Below are positions 47,839 to 58,049 of a stretch of DNA of 64,000 bases, piece by piece (positions within the stretch are counted from its first letter, which is position 1; the number at the start of each line of letters is the position of its first letter). The notes under the pieces were generated by a model. That model ran no database searches, had not been told where the DNA came from, and saw only the letters and a list, made by a program, of their open reading frames with translations. The stretch covers positions 1,402-65,401 of the forward strand of contig JADHOE010000002.1 of assembly GCA_016779165.1 (NCBI GenBank), written 5' to 3'. This DNA comes from Candidatus Margulisiibacteriota bacterium (GTDB lineage: Bacteria > Margulisbacteria > Marinamargulisbacteria > UBA817). A program made the position numbers and the translations under genes.

Positions 47839-50800
47839 ATGTTTTTTCAACAATCAAACGCTATTTTTTGGGGCATGGTGTGGGGCATGCTATTTTCTAT
47901 TGGTGTTATGGCTGAAATACCAACCGTAGATAGCAATAAATCCATCATATTGTCTGAGACGATGTTTGAGGGTGCAAGTACCTGCAATTGTGACATTATT
48001 CTACTGGCCAACACCCCCGAAAAGCCAAAAAATGGTCATTTAATGAATAGCTCAGGAATCATTACTGAGTTCCCGTTCACCATTGGTGCAGAATTTATTG
48101 ATACGATTCAGTTTAAGCCCAGTATCATTAAATGGGGAACGGGCACAATTTCATGGGCTTTATCCACAGACCTAGACACTGAACACGACCTAACCATTGC
48201 CATTGAACCCGCCACGAAAGAAGAGGAAAGCATTTCTTTTTTAAGCGATTTTGTAGTGGAATACCAAAAATTGCACCCAGAAAAAGATGAAAATAACGAC
48301 TGGATTGACCCGTTAACCAGTATCACCGTGCATCGTTTTCCAACAAAAGGGAAATTAAAAAAAGATAGATATAATCTAAATTCATCGAGCCCGATGGTTG
48401 ATCAAGGGTTCTTGGATTCATTAGTTTATGTCCCCAACACCAATCGTTCGGGTGAAGATACATTTTCGTTTAGCACCAATGAAAGCGAATCAATCATTAC
48501 AGTTTCCATCACCATAGACCCTGTAGATGACCCAGTCCAGTTCAAATTAAAAAACCAACTGCCGGTAAATAAGTCGAATCAAATGCTCCCCATTATTATT
48601 TATGAAAATGAACCAGTATCATTCGTTCCATATATCATTGAACCTGACTATGAAGCATATGACGTTGTGATTGAAACTGAAAGTGATAGCGTGCATGGGA
48701 TTATTAAAGACAGTGCCTTATTGAATACAAGCACCGTGGCATTGTTTCCAAAAGAAACCAGTGACAGTGGCGACCCCATATTGATGCAATTAAAGAAAAA
48801 CAGCCGCTATTTTTTTAGTGACCCTAACAACACGGTGACACTTAACATAAAAACAAGTCACAACGAATGGCAGCCAGTATCACTCGACCCTCCCTACGAA
48901 CTGCTGTTGGATCATAACTTCCCCACTGGCAATAATAACTTGCAACTGGTGTGCGACTCATGCGCAACAAACACCGTATCGCTAAATGTTGTTGAGAATA
49001 CCATCTTCACATTTGGCGTCAGCAACGCACCAGAGTGGATGAGCATTGATAACATTTCTGGTGAAATTAGTGGCACACCTATTCAAAAAGATGTTGGCAC
49101 TCATGAGCCAATTATTTTTAAAGTGCTGAGTAAGATTAACAATAAAAAAGGATTTTCTCCCGCCATTAAAACAACCGTGGTTAATGTCAATGACATGCCA
49201 ATTACCGCAGACCTTCCAAGTGATGGAGACGCGCCATTCATCATTAATGAGGATGCCACCATTGTTATTGACTTAAACGTAAGTGACATTGATCCACAGG
49301 ATACCCATACGTTTTTTGTGTCTGCCGAAGCATCGCCAAAATATGGAGACACCACCATAAACCCCGCCAATAAACAGCAATTAATCTACACGCATTCGGG
49401 AAGTGAAGAATCAACCATTGAGGTGTTTAAATACTTTGCGATTGATAACCAAGATGGAAAAAGCCAACCGTCAACCATCACCATTAATATTGTGCCCATT
49501 AACGATGCCCCTGTGGTTAGCCCAATTGCCGTTATCACCCCCCGAGATGCCCCCATTTCAATTCAACTCTTCGGGAATGACGCGGAAGATGACATGCCGC
49601 CTAAACAGCCATTGGCCTACACTGTAATGACCAATGATGGCCCTGTATCACCACCCGCCAATTATTATACCTACACTGCGCCAGAGAGCACTCAATTGGA
49701 TGATACCATTGCAACAATACCGTTGACTTACCATGCCACTGATAGTGAAGGCGTCGATAGCGAAAGCGCCCCATTAATCATTTATTTCTATGCTAAAAAT
49801 AATGCCCATGATGGTAGAATGCGCATGCCTGATATTGACTTTGAAATTGGTGACCATTTGGAGCCCGGCACCACCATATGGGACATAAACAACGAAATCA
49901 CCGATAAAGACCTGGCCGAAAATGCCTTCATTCAGTATCAAATTTTACCTGAAAATGATTGCTTTGATATCCACGAAGGATTGGGTCGCATTAAAATAAA
50001 ACAACCACTAAGCAGTTGCCCAAGCGAGCAAGTGCTGAATATTTATGCCAAATCCCAACATGACGATACCAGCTTTACTGGCGTGTGGTTAACCGCCACC
50101 ATTAACATTCAAACGACCCTACTTAGCATTGATGATATTGATAACATTGGAAGCAACCCCAATGAAAAATTCAATTTAAATTTTAATGGGGAATTTAACA
50201 AAGACGTCAATTCCGGAAAAAACTTCACCATCGATACTGGTTCGAATATTCAATTTAAATCATCAACCATAGGCATGAACCGAATCACCATTGGCGGGCT
50301 CGAAGAAAGTGTGGTGAGCCTGGAACCAAATGCGCATCTAACGGCCACAACCATTGTCATGTCCAAAGACAACGGGCACCACTCTACATTATCAATGCAT
50401 TCACAAGATGCAAGCTTAACTGTTAATGAGGATTTGACCATTGGTGAAAACGGCACGGCAAAACTGCTATTGAGCCAAGGAAAAACCCATGTAAAAGAGA
50501 GCGTTATCATGGGGCGGGGCCATTATTCAAATGGCCAATTAACCGTATCAGGCAACGCAGAATTGCAAGCATCTTCGCTTATTTTGGGTGAAGAAGGTGC
50601 CGCGCTGCTGAACCAATCTGGAGGAAAGTTAACCATCGATAATGACTTAATTATTGGCAGTGATAACGCCTCTGCGACAGTGAACATAAGCAACGGATCA
50701 TTCATTGCAAACACGATCAATATTCACCCAAACGCTGATGTTTTATTTACCGGAGGCACCCTTCGAACCAATGACATTACAGGTGTTTTAAAAAACAACG

Positions 50801-51555
50801 GGGGCACATTTATTGTTGGTGAAGACAAACCAGAACCAATGGCTTCGCTATCGGCGGCAACGTTTCGGGCCTTGTCTGCCCCTTCCCCCATCCAACGGCA
50901 CACCACCATCACGGGTCACTACATTCAAGGCATTGGAAATGCCTTTGCATCAAATTTAATCATTAGCATTGCCAGTGGCACCGATGGCGCTGAAAATGGA
51001 AAACTCATTATTAGTGAATCCGCAACACTTGATGGGCAACTAACGGTAATTCAAACTCAGCCATTTGAATTTATTGTGGGGCAACAATTTCAACTGATTG
51101 ATGCCGCAACCATCAATGGGCATTTTACAACGGTTACCCTACCCACATTATCGCCCGATTTATCGTGGGATTTACGTGAACTATACAGCGAAGGCACCAT
51201 CACGGTTGCCCATGCCAATGCCATTTCATCTGCTGAAAAAAAAGCCTTTATATACCCAAATCCCATCCGACCGCCAGTGAATGACGTATCCGTTTTTTAC
51301 ACATTGCAACAAAGCCAACCCATATTTTTAGAGATTTACAATAGTTTTGGCCGAAAGGTATACCAACACGCCATTCCCAAAGGCGCACGTGGGGCCCGGT
51401 ATTCAGATCAGCTGGTGTCCCTTCCTGGGATGATGTTTAACCAATACCCAAGCGGCACCTACCTAATCATTGTTCATAATGGCAAAACAACGCTGGCAAG
51501 GGGAAAATTCAGTGTCGTGCCGTCTATGAAAAACCCAATGATTCCGATAGAATAA
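47839..51555 (+). CDS. Large surface protein/adhesin with cadherin-like and He_PIG-like Ig repeats and a T9SS/FlgD-Ig-like C-terminal domain
   Basis: 1238 aa. Features, in order:
- Signal peptide
- NAPEWMSIDNISGEISGTPIQKDVGTH, a dystroglycan/He_PIG-type Ig
- VNVNDMPI... and IVPINDAPVV cadherin-like borders
- A Gly/Asn-rich beta-helix-like region
- C-terminus FIYPNPIRPP..VSVFYTL...IFLEIYNSFGRKVY...SGTYLIIVHNG. Confidence 0.75.
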   Translation: MFFQQSNAIFWGMVWGMLFSIGVMAEIPTVDSNKSIILSETMFEGASTCNCDIILLANTPEKPKNGHLMNSSGIITEFPFTIGAEFIDTIQFKPSIIKWGTGTISWALSTDLDTEHDLTIAIEPATKEEESISFLSDFVVEYQKLHPEKDENNDWIDPLTSITVHRFPTKGKLKKDRYNLNSSSPMVDQGFLDSLVYVPNTNRSGEDTFSFSTNESESIITVSITIDPVDDPVQFKLKNQLPVNKSNQMLPIIIYENEPVSFVPYIIEPDYEAYDVVIETESDSVHGIIKDSALLNTSTVALFPKETSDSGDPILMQLKKNSRYFFSDPNNTVTLNIKTSHNEWQPVSLDPPYELLLDHNFPTGNNNLQLVCDSCATNTVSLNVVENTIFTFGVSNAPEWMSIDNISGEISGTPIQKDVGTHEPIIFKVLSKINNKKGFSPAIKTTVVNVNDMPITADLPSDGDAPFIINEDATIVIDLNVSDIDPQDTHTFFVSAEASPKYGDTTINPANKQQLIYTHSGSEESTIEVFKYFAIDNQDGKSQPSTITINIVPINDAPVVSPIAVITPRDAPISIQLFGNDAEDDMPPKQPLAYTVMTNDGPVSPPANYYTYTAPESTQLDDTIATIPLTYHATDSEGVDSESAPLIIYFYAKNNAHDGRMRMPDIDFEIGDHLEPGTTIWDINNEITDKDLAENAFIQYQILPENDCFDIHEGLGRIKIKQPLSSCPSEQVLNIYAKSQHDDTSFTGVWLTATINIQTTLLSIDDIDNIGSNPNEKFNLNFNGEFNKDVNSGKNFTIDTGSNIQFKSSTIGMNRITIGGLEESVVSLEPNAHLTATTIVMSKDNGHHSTLSMHSQDASLTVNEDLTIGENGTAKLLLSQGKTHVKESVIMGRGHYSNGQLTVSGNAELQASSLILGEEGAALLNQSGGKLTIDNDLIIGSDNASATVNISNGSFIANTINIHPNADVLFTGGTLRTNDITGVLKNNGGTFIVGEDKPEPMASLSAATFRALSAPSPIQRHTTITGHYIQGIGNAFASNLIISIASGTDGAENGKLIISESATLDGQLTVIQTQPFEFIVGQQFQLIDAATINGHFTTVTLPTLSPDLSWDLRELYSEGTITVAHANAISSAEKKAFIYPNPIRPPVNDVSVFYTLQQSQPIFLEIYNSFGRKVYQHAIPKGARGARYSDQLVSLPGMMFNQYPSGTYLIIVHNGKTTLARGKFSVVPSMKNPMIPIE

Positions 51556-51560
51556 ATGAA

Positions 51561-52907
51561 ATGAGCAATCGCGTACCACCGCAAAGCATCGACGCTGAGC
51601 AGTCCATTTTAGGTGCCTTGATGATATCCAAAGATGCCATCGCATCGGTATTGGGCCAAATTCAACCCGATGACTTTTATGTCTCTCGGCATAGCGAGCT
51701 CTACAAAGCCATTTTATCACTGTATCAAAAAAATGAAGCCATTGACGTGGTAACCATTGTCGATGAACTAAACAAATTGAACACACTGGAAAAAGCTGGG
51801 GGCAAAGAGTACACGGTGGACATTTTAAATGCGGTTCCAACGGCAGCCAATGTTCACTATTACGTTGATATTGTAAAAGAAAAATCCATCCTGAGAAAAA
51901 TGATCGCATCGGGCACCAGCATTGTAAGCAAGGCATTTGAAGATTCTGAAGAAACGGATGAATTGTTGAATGGTGCCATTAAAGACCTTATGGAAATTTC
52001 AAAAAGCAGTACCGAAAATGACTTTTCAAAATTGGGCGATGTGGTAAACAATGTGTGGGATAATATTAGTGAGTCTTATGGAAAAGAGGATCAAATTTTA
52101 GGGGTTCCAACGGGGTTTAAGGATTTCGATTTGCTGTGCTCTGGGTTTCAACCGTCTGACCTTATTATTTTAGCGGCTCGTCCAGCCATGGGGAAAACCA
52201 CATTGGCCATGAATTTTGCCTTAAACGCTGGCCTTCAATCCGACACTGGGGTAGCGGTGTTCAGTCTGGAAATGCCCAAAGAACAACTGGCCCTTCGAAT
52301 GTTATCATCTGAAGCCAAAGTGGACATGTCACGCTTGCGAACGGCCAACATTGCGGAGCAAGAATACCGCGGCTTAGCCAAAGCCTTGGGCCGATTGGAC
52401 AATGCCCCCATTTTTATTGACGATACACCCGGCATTTCACCCATGCAGCTTCGTGCCAAATGCCGCCGTTTAATGATGGAGCATGACATTAAAATGGTCA
52501 TCATCGATTACTTGCAATTGATGCGAATTGGCAGAAAGAGAATTGAATCACGGTTCCAAGAAGTCTCTGAGATTGTTCGTGAAATTAAAGCAATAGCAAA
52601 AGAGCTCAACATCAATATTATTGCGCTATCACAGCTTAGCCGAGATGTTGAAAAACGTGGGACCGATGCATTGCCGAAATTATCTGACCTTCGAGAATCG
52701 GGTGAAATCGAACAAACGGCAGACATGGTGCTGTTTATTCACCGTGACGACTACTACGATTCATCAAATACAAAAACTGGTTTAGCAAACTTAATTATTG
52801 CAAAACAGCGAAATGGCCCAACCGGCAAAGTGGAACTTGTATTTAGAAAAGATGTCTCACGTTTCGAATTGTCCACCAAAGGAGCACCAACGCCAATTGA
52901 AGCGTAG
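51561..52907 (+). CDS. dnaB: Replicative DNA helicase DnaB
   Basis: 448 aa. Carries PPQSIDAEQSILGALM, Walker A ARPAMGKTTLAMN, IIDYLQLM and SQLSRDVEKR. No intein. Confidence 0.97.
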   Translation: MSNRVPPQSIDAEQSILGALMISKDAIASVLGQIQPDDFYVSRHSELYKAILSLYQKNEAIDVVTIVDELNKLNTLEKAGGKEYTVDILNAVPTAANVHYYVDIVKEKSILRKMIASGTSIVSKAFEDSEETDELLNGAIKDLMEISKSSTENDFSKLGDVVNNVWDNISESYGKEDQILGVPTGFKDFDLLCSGFQPSDLIILAARPAMGKTTLAMNFALNAGLQSDTGVAVFSLEMPKEQLALRMLSSEAKVDMSRLRTANIAEQEYRGLAKALGRLDNAPIFIDDTPGISPMQLRAKCRRLMMEHDIKMVIIDYLQLMRIGRKRIESRFQEVSEIVREIKAIAKELNINIIALSQLSRDVEKRGTDALPKLSDLRESGEIEQTADMVLFIHRDDYYDSSNTKTGLANLIIAKQRNGPTGKVELVFRKDVSRFELSTKGAPTPIEA

Positions 52908-54414
52908 CATTATCTCACCAACTTTCACTGCTTTATGCGTTTTATTTTTGTTGGCATGCTTGCCTCACGCCCTTGTGGCATCATTGCCCTTTGAATTGGA
53001 AGCGGATCATATCGAGATGAAAAATAACGAACAAGAATTGCATGCATCTGGGAATGTGATTATTAACTACAAAACCTACATTATCGAATCTGAAAACGCT
53101 ATTTTTATTAAACAGAAAAACAACTTATTCTTTAGTAAAAATGTTCGGATTTCGGACATGAATCAAAATACTCTCTTGGCAAATGCGATTCAATTGAACA
53201 TTGAATCAGACATTGGCACCATTTCTGGCGCTACCATCCAAACAAACCGAAACTTTATCATCAAGGCAAAAAAAATTAACCTCAAAAAAGATGCTATTTT
53301 GCTCGAACAATGCACCCTTACATCCTGCACATCAACGGAACCCGAATGGCATGTTCAAAGCAGCACCATCGCCATTGACAAAGTAACAGGGCTTATCAAT
53401 AGCAAAGACAATATCCTTTATTTTTATAATATCCCCATTTTTTTAGTGCCAGATTATTCTCAGAATATGTCTCAAGAAGATGCCACAAACCAACCCACCC
53501 CAGAACTTGGCTATAATCAAATTGATAGTGTCTATGGCAACATCTACCTGGGGTATGTGGTATCAAAAAATACTTTAGGAAAAGTTGGCATTGGGTTATC
53601 CCAAAACCGTGGGTTTCGATATGGTGCCACCCATGTGTACGCACCAAATAGCAACGAATCGGTCACATTAAAAACATATCACATTAATCAAACTGGATTT
53701 GAGGGCGGGGTTATTTACAATTGGAAACATTCGGAAAATGTGTCAGACGCCCTAATATTGGATTCCATCACAAACCAACCAACCAAGGAAACATTCACCG
53801 CTGAATTTCAGGCTCAATATACCTTCGATAATATTTATTACAATGAATTGGTCCATGCCATTCCTGAATTAAAGCTAACCTTATTTCATCCGTCGTTTTA
53901 CCTTAATTCATCGCTAGATACAATGCTATCGATTGGGCATTTCCAAGATCGACATCACAAAGGCAATCGTCAAAAAATTCATCTAGCATCCAATAAAATA
54001 CTAAAAGAATTTGGACAAAACTCTTTTCTGAAAAACCAATTGAATTTAAATGGGTCGTACTACAGTCCCAACAAACACCACTGGAACCGTATTTATAATT
54101 CACTGACATTATCCCACCAATGGTCAATTCTACAGAGTCAAACCACACTTACAAAATTGTTGTATCAACACGGTAAATCCCCATTTATTTTTGACACGAT
54201 CAACGAGGTCAGTGATGATGAAATTGGATTAACCTCCAGCATCAATCTAAATCCCCTGGTGCTTATTTTTCAATTGGACTACCAAATGAATCTAAAAAGC
54301 TTTCGTAATATCAGCTATGCGTTGGAATGGCATTTTCAATGTTGGACATTTGGTGTTGGCGTCAACACGGTATGGAATGAAATATTCATTGGCGTATCCA
54401 TTCCAGACTTTTAA
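52897..54414 (+). CDS. lptD: LPS-assembly protein LptD (short form)
   Basis: The OstA-like N-terminus is ELEADHIEMKNNEQELHASGNVII. CTLTSCTSTEPEWHVQSSTIAIDK...NILYFYNIPIFLVPDY matches the LptD core pattern. OMP-type end ...VSIPDF. The start is uncertain. The ORF track uses 52798, inside dnaB. I prefer the TTG at 52897, 12 nt after AAGGAG, which gives signal peptide LKRSIISPTFTALCVLFLLACLPHALVA. Confidence 0.72.
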   Translation: MKRSIISPTFTALCVLFLLACLPHALVASLPFELEADHIEMKNNEQELHASGNVIINYKTYIIESENAIFIKQKNNLFFSKNVRISDMNQNTLLANAIQLNIESDIGTISGATIQTNRNFIIKAKKINLKKDAILLEQCTLTSCTSTEPEWHVQSSTIAIDKVTGLINSKDNILYFYNIPIFLVPDYSQNMSQEDATNQPTPELGYNQIDSVYGNIYLGYVVSKNTLGKVGIGLSQNRGFRYGATHVYAPNSNESVTLKTYHINQTGFEGGVIYNWKHSENVSDALILDSITNQPTKETFTAEFQAQYTFDNIYYNELVHAIPELKLTLFHPSFYLNSSLDTMLSIGHFQDRHHKGNRQKIHLASNKILKEFGQNSFLKNQLNLNGSYYSPNKHHWNRIYNSLTLSHQWSILQSQTTLTKLLYQHGKSPFIFDTINEVSDDEIGLTSSINLNPLVLIFQLDYQMNLKSFRNISYALEWHFQCWTFGVGVNTVWNEIFIGVSIPDF

Positions 54415-54432
54415 CCGTCTTTTGACTTAAAT

Positions 54433-54461
54433 TTGACTTTTGTTCGCCATCCTCATACACT
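54433..54461 (+). promoter_or_regulatory. Candidate sigma70-type promoter for fumC
   Basis: TTGACT (54433-54438), a 17-nt spacer, then TACACT (54456-54461). TTTGACTT occurs twice, 11 nt apart, at 54421 and 54432. GGAGG lies 6 nt before the ATG. Confidence 0.4.
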
Positions 54462-54485
54462 AATTTTTATTATTTGGAGGTTACC

Positions 54486-55883
54486 ATGTCACCACAAACA
54501 AACGAAATAAACCGCACTGAATCAGATACCATGGGAACCATCGATGTTCCCAGCGATGCCTACTATGGGGCTCAATCCGCTCGATCATTGCAAAACTTTG
54601 ATATTGGTTTAGAAACATTCCCCCGTGAATTTATTAAAGCATTTGGTGTATTAAAAAAAGCAGCCGCCATTGTTAATGCAGATGCTGGGGTATTGGATAC
54701 AACAAAAAAAGAACTCATTTGCCGGGCGGCGGACGAAGTTATTTCAGGAATGCTCGATGCCCATTTCCCATTAAGTGTATGGCAAACTGGTAGCGGGACC
54801 CAAACCAACATGAACGTCAATGAAGTCATATCCAACCGAGCCATCGAGTTATCCGGTGGTGTGATTGGTTCAAAAGACCCCATTCACCCAAATGATGATG
54901 TGAATAAGTCTCAGTCCTCCAATGACACGTTTCCAACAGCCATGCACATTGCTGCTGCTGTTGAGATAAACGAATCCTTATTGCCATCCCTTCACCAATT
55001 AAGAGACACATTGGCCAATAAGCAGCGTGAGTTTTCTAGTGTTGTGAAAATTGGTCGCACCCATTTAATGGATGCAACACCACTAACAGTGGGCCAAGAA
55101 TTTAGTGGATATGTGGCTCAGCTTGATGCAGCCATTGCACGCATTAACGCCGCATTGCCAGGGCTTTATGAATTGGCCCTGGGTGGTACTGCCGTCGGAA
55201 CTGGCCTAAATACACCCAACGGCTATTCTGAAAATGTTGCGACAGAAATCGCCCGTCTTACCGGCCACCCATTTGTTAGTGCACCCAATAAATTCGAAGC
55301 ACTATCGGCACACGATGCCATTGTATTTGCCAGTGGCGCGTTAAAAACACTGGCTGCCGCATGCTTTAAAATTGCAAATGATATACGATGGTCTGCGTCT
55401 GGTCCTCGTTGCGGCATTGGTGAATTAAGCATTCCAGAAAATGAACCAGGATCAAGTATTATGCCAGGCAAAGTCAACCCCACTCAATCAGAAGCCTTGA
55501 CCATGATTGCTGTACAGGTCATGGGAAACGATGCCGCCATTGGATTTGCTGGGGCATCCGGAAATTTCCAGTTGAATGTATTTAATCCGGTGCTCATCTA
55601 CAATCTATTGCAATCCATTCGCTTATTAAGCGATGGCATGCGAAGTTTTAATAATCAATGTGCCATTGGCATTGCAACAAACCCAGATGCCATTGAGAAA
55701 AATTTACAAAATTCATTGATGCTGGTAACCGCATTGAACCCCCACATTGGGTATGACAACGCAGCTAAGATTGCTAAAAAAGCCCATAAAGAGGGGAGCA
55801 CATTAAAAGCAGCCGCCTTGGACTTGGGCCTTGTGACGGATGCCCAATTTGATGAGTGGGTGAACCCAAACCAAATGGTATAG
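54486..55883 (+). CDS. fumC: Fumarate hydratase, class II
   Basis: Carries [16 protein letters not shown], which is the fumarase-type PTQxEA rather than the aspartase signature. Also has [24 protein letters not shown]. The ATG at 54486 follows GGAGG. The ORF track TTG at 54474 is unlikely. Confidence 0.93.
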   Translation: MSPQTNEINRTESDTMGTIDVPSDAYYGAQSARSLQNFDIGLETFPREFIKAFGVLKKAAAIVNADAGVLDTTKKELICRAADEVISGMLDAHFPLSVWQTGSGTQTNMNVNEVISNRAIELSGGVIGSKDPIHPNDDVNKSQSSNDTFPTAMHIAAAVEINESLLPSLHQLRDTLANKQREFSSVVKIGRTHLMDATPLTVGQEFSGYVAQLDAAIARINAALPGLYELALGGTAVGTGLNTPNGYSENVATEIARLTGHPFVSAPNKFEALSAHDAIVFASGALKTLAAACFKIANDIRWSASGPRCGIGELSIPENEPGSSIMPGKVNPTQSEALTMIAVQVMGNDAAIGFAGASGNFQLNVFNPVLIYNLLQSIRLLSDGMRSFNNQCAIGIATNPDAIEKNLQNSLMLVTALNPHIGYDNAAKIAKKAHKEGSTLKAAALDLGLVTDAQFDEWVNPNQMV

Positions 55884-55913
55884 TCATTAGACAAGGGCCT
55901 TGGTTCTTCGGGA

Positions 55914-58049
55914 TTAGTTAGCCATGGCCTGTGTTGCCAAGGGTTGATGAAGGTCAGACAAAATATTCAAGGCTTCGTTTAGCATGACATCGTTATCAAA
56001 ACTTTTGGTCCACTTGTCAAACTCCTCTCGATCACGTTGATCACTCAGGGAGTCAAGGCTAGGCTCAATGGACGAATACTCAGAAAAAGACGTGGCAATT
56101 TCAATGGATTCCAATGCCTCATTTTTCTCTTTAATCGCCATCATATTCTTCCATAAGCTTGAAATTTGAATTGACCGGTTTGATCCGTCACGTTGCTTGG
56201 CCATAAAGTCATTGTAATCGGAAATAACCGCAACGGCTGGATTGTCCTTTAGCCGATCATACGACCGTGCAATCACCCCTGAGGCATCTTGTTTTTTTTG
56301 CCATATGCTGTATCTAGCAGGGGTTGTGGCAGACCCTTTAAAAGCAAACTTAAGCTCTTTTTCCCCAATATCCAAATAATCATATTCGCCCGGGTAAACA
56401 ATGTCTGGAACCACACCCTTAAACTGGGTCGATTGCCCATTAATGCGAAAGTATTCCTGAATGGTAATTTTAATAAAACCCAATGGGGACGATTCCAAAC
56501 GAAACAGCATTTTATCAAGATTCACCACTTTTTGTACGGTTCCTTTTCCAAACGTATGGGCGTTGCCAAGAATAATGGCACGGCCGTAATCTTGCAGTGC
56601 CGCCGCTACAATTTCGGATGCCGATGCTGAAAATGGATTCACCAACACAATCAGAGGACGATCATACACAATGGCATCATCATCATCTTTATACACATCT
56701 TTTCGGCTCAGATTATCGGACACTTGAACCACCGGGCCATCCTCAATAAAAAACCCTGTAATATCAACAGCATCTTTTAGCGAGCCACCACCATTGTTTC
56801 GAAGATCTAAAATTAATCCTTGGGTTTGATTCAGTGCCAATAATGCGTCCTTAATATCGTCAGCAGCATTTTGATTTTTATTGTCTTCAAAATCACGATA
56901 AAACGATGGCAAGTTAATATAGCCATACCGTTGATCGCCAACGGAAAACACCCCTGATTTGGCATACGCCGATTTAATAACCACAATATCACGCTGAATT
57001 GGGATGGTTTTAATAATGCCACTGGGTTTTTTTACGGTTAAATTAACAGTGGTTCCTTTTGGGCCACGAATCAGTTTCACTGCATCACGTACAGGGGCCT
57101 CAATAACACTGATCGGTTCTTCGCCCGGTGACGATACATTCAAAATAACATCTTCTGCACCCAATTCACCTTGCCGCCAAGACGCACTTCCAGGAATAAT
57201 ACGAACCACCTTGATAAACCCATCGGATTCTTTAAGAATGGCGCCAATGCCTTCAAGCTTTCCCGTCATATTAATATCAAAATCTTCCTTTTCTTCTGGT
57301 GGCAAATAGGACGTGTGTGGACCAAACGCACGGGTCATGGTATCCAAATAGGCTGTAAAATAATCCAATTCTTTTTTTTCGATTAGTCGCTTAAACCGTC
57401 GATCCACGTCTTTTTTTGTTTTAAGCCGTGCTTCAAGAGTGAGCGTTTCCTCGATCACCAATTCATTTCGAGATGGGTATGCCTCTTTATATAAGGTAAT
57501 GTAATTTTGCGCCACTTGGTATTGAATGGTGGTTTTCCATCGTTTGGTGAGTTCCGCATTATTTTTTGCGTATGTTTTTTTATCAGGGTCTGTTTCCATA
57601 AATGCTTCTGCGTCTAAATCAATGTCTTGCTGAATCACTGATTTATAAACGGATTGGCTAAACTCTATTTGTTCCGAAAGCCTCAACAGACACAAATTAT
57701 AAAAATAAAACGTATTGTTTCGAATATCGTTATCTATTTTATACTCATATGCCTGCAGCTCAATGCGATGCTGATCCGTTAAAAAACTTTTGTTAGGGTC
57801 AATATGATTTAAAAAAAGCTGAAACACCCGCTTTGAAAAATTATCATCAATGGACTGATCCACATAGTGGTATCGCTCCAATGTTTTACTAAGAATTTCG
57901 TTCATGTATTCTTGCCGGGCACTGGATTGAACATCACCCCAAACACCCCCATGCCATGCAAAAAGAAAAATGATTAGATAAATTGCCCCATGACGAGGGC
58001 CATTAAATAAGTGCTGAATCACGCCACAACGCTGGGCTTTAAGTAACAA
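55914..58049 (-). CDS. prc: Carboxy-terminal processing (tail-specific) protease, S41 family
   Basis: 711 aa. Has an N-terminal TM/signal sequence and a PDZ region. Carries LDLRNNGGGSL, FSASASEIVAAALQDYG (catalytic Ser) and TFGKGTVQ (Lys). The start overlaps the malic enzyme 3' end by 31 nt. Confidence 0.88.
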   Translation of the reverse strand: MLLKAQRCGVIQHLFNGPRHGAIYLIIFLFAWHGGVWGDVQSSARQEYMNEILSKTLERYHYVDQSIDDNFSKRVFQLFLNHIDPNKSFLTDQHRIELQAYEYKIDNDIRNNTFYFYNLCLLRLSEQIEFSQSVYKSVIQQDIDLDAEAFMETDPDKKTYAKNNAELTKRWKTTIQYQVAQNYITLYKEAYPSRNELVIEETLTLEARLKTKKDVDRRFKRLIEKKELDYFTAYLDTMTRAFGPHTSYLPPEEKEDFDINMTGKLEGIGAILKESDGFIKVVRIIPGSASWRQGELGAEDVILNVSSPGEEPISVIEAPVRDAVKLIRGPKGTTVNLTVKKPSGIIKTIPIQRDIVVIKSAYAKSGVFSVGDQRYGYINLPSFYRDFEDNKNQNAADDIKDALLALNQTQGLILDLRNNGGGSLKDAVDITGFFIEDGPVVQVSDNLSRKDVYKDDDDAIVYDRPLIVLVNPFSASASEIVAAALQDYGRAIILGNAHTFGKGTVQKVVNLDKMLFRLESSPLGFIKITIQEYFRINGQSTQFKGVVPDIVYPGEYDYLDIGEKELKFAFKGSATTPARYSIWQKKQDASGVIARSYDRLKDNPAVAVISDYNDFMAKQRDGSNRSIQISSLWKNMMAIKEKNEALESIEIATSFSEYSSIEPSLDSLSDQRDREEFDKWTKSFDNDVMLNEALNILSDLHQPLATQAMAN

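Noticed and set aside
54421-54439. Direct repeat TTTGACTT-aaa-TTTGACTT upstream of fumC, considered as a possible transcription-factor operator.
   Set aside because: There are only two 8-nt copies, and one of them doubles as the putative -35 hexamer. It has no palindromic character and there is no comparative data. I mention it under the promoter feature only.
54486-55883. Whether the class II lyase could be aspartate ammonia-lyase rather than fumarase.
   Set aside because: The signature reads [16 protein letters not shown], the fumarase-type PTQxEA. As I recall, aspartases differ in this segment. I kept fumC, and a profile search would settle it.
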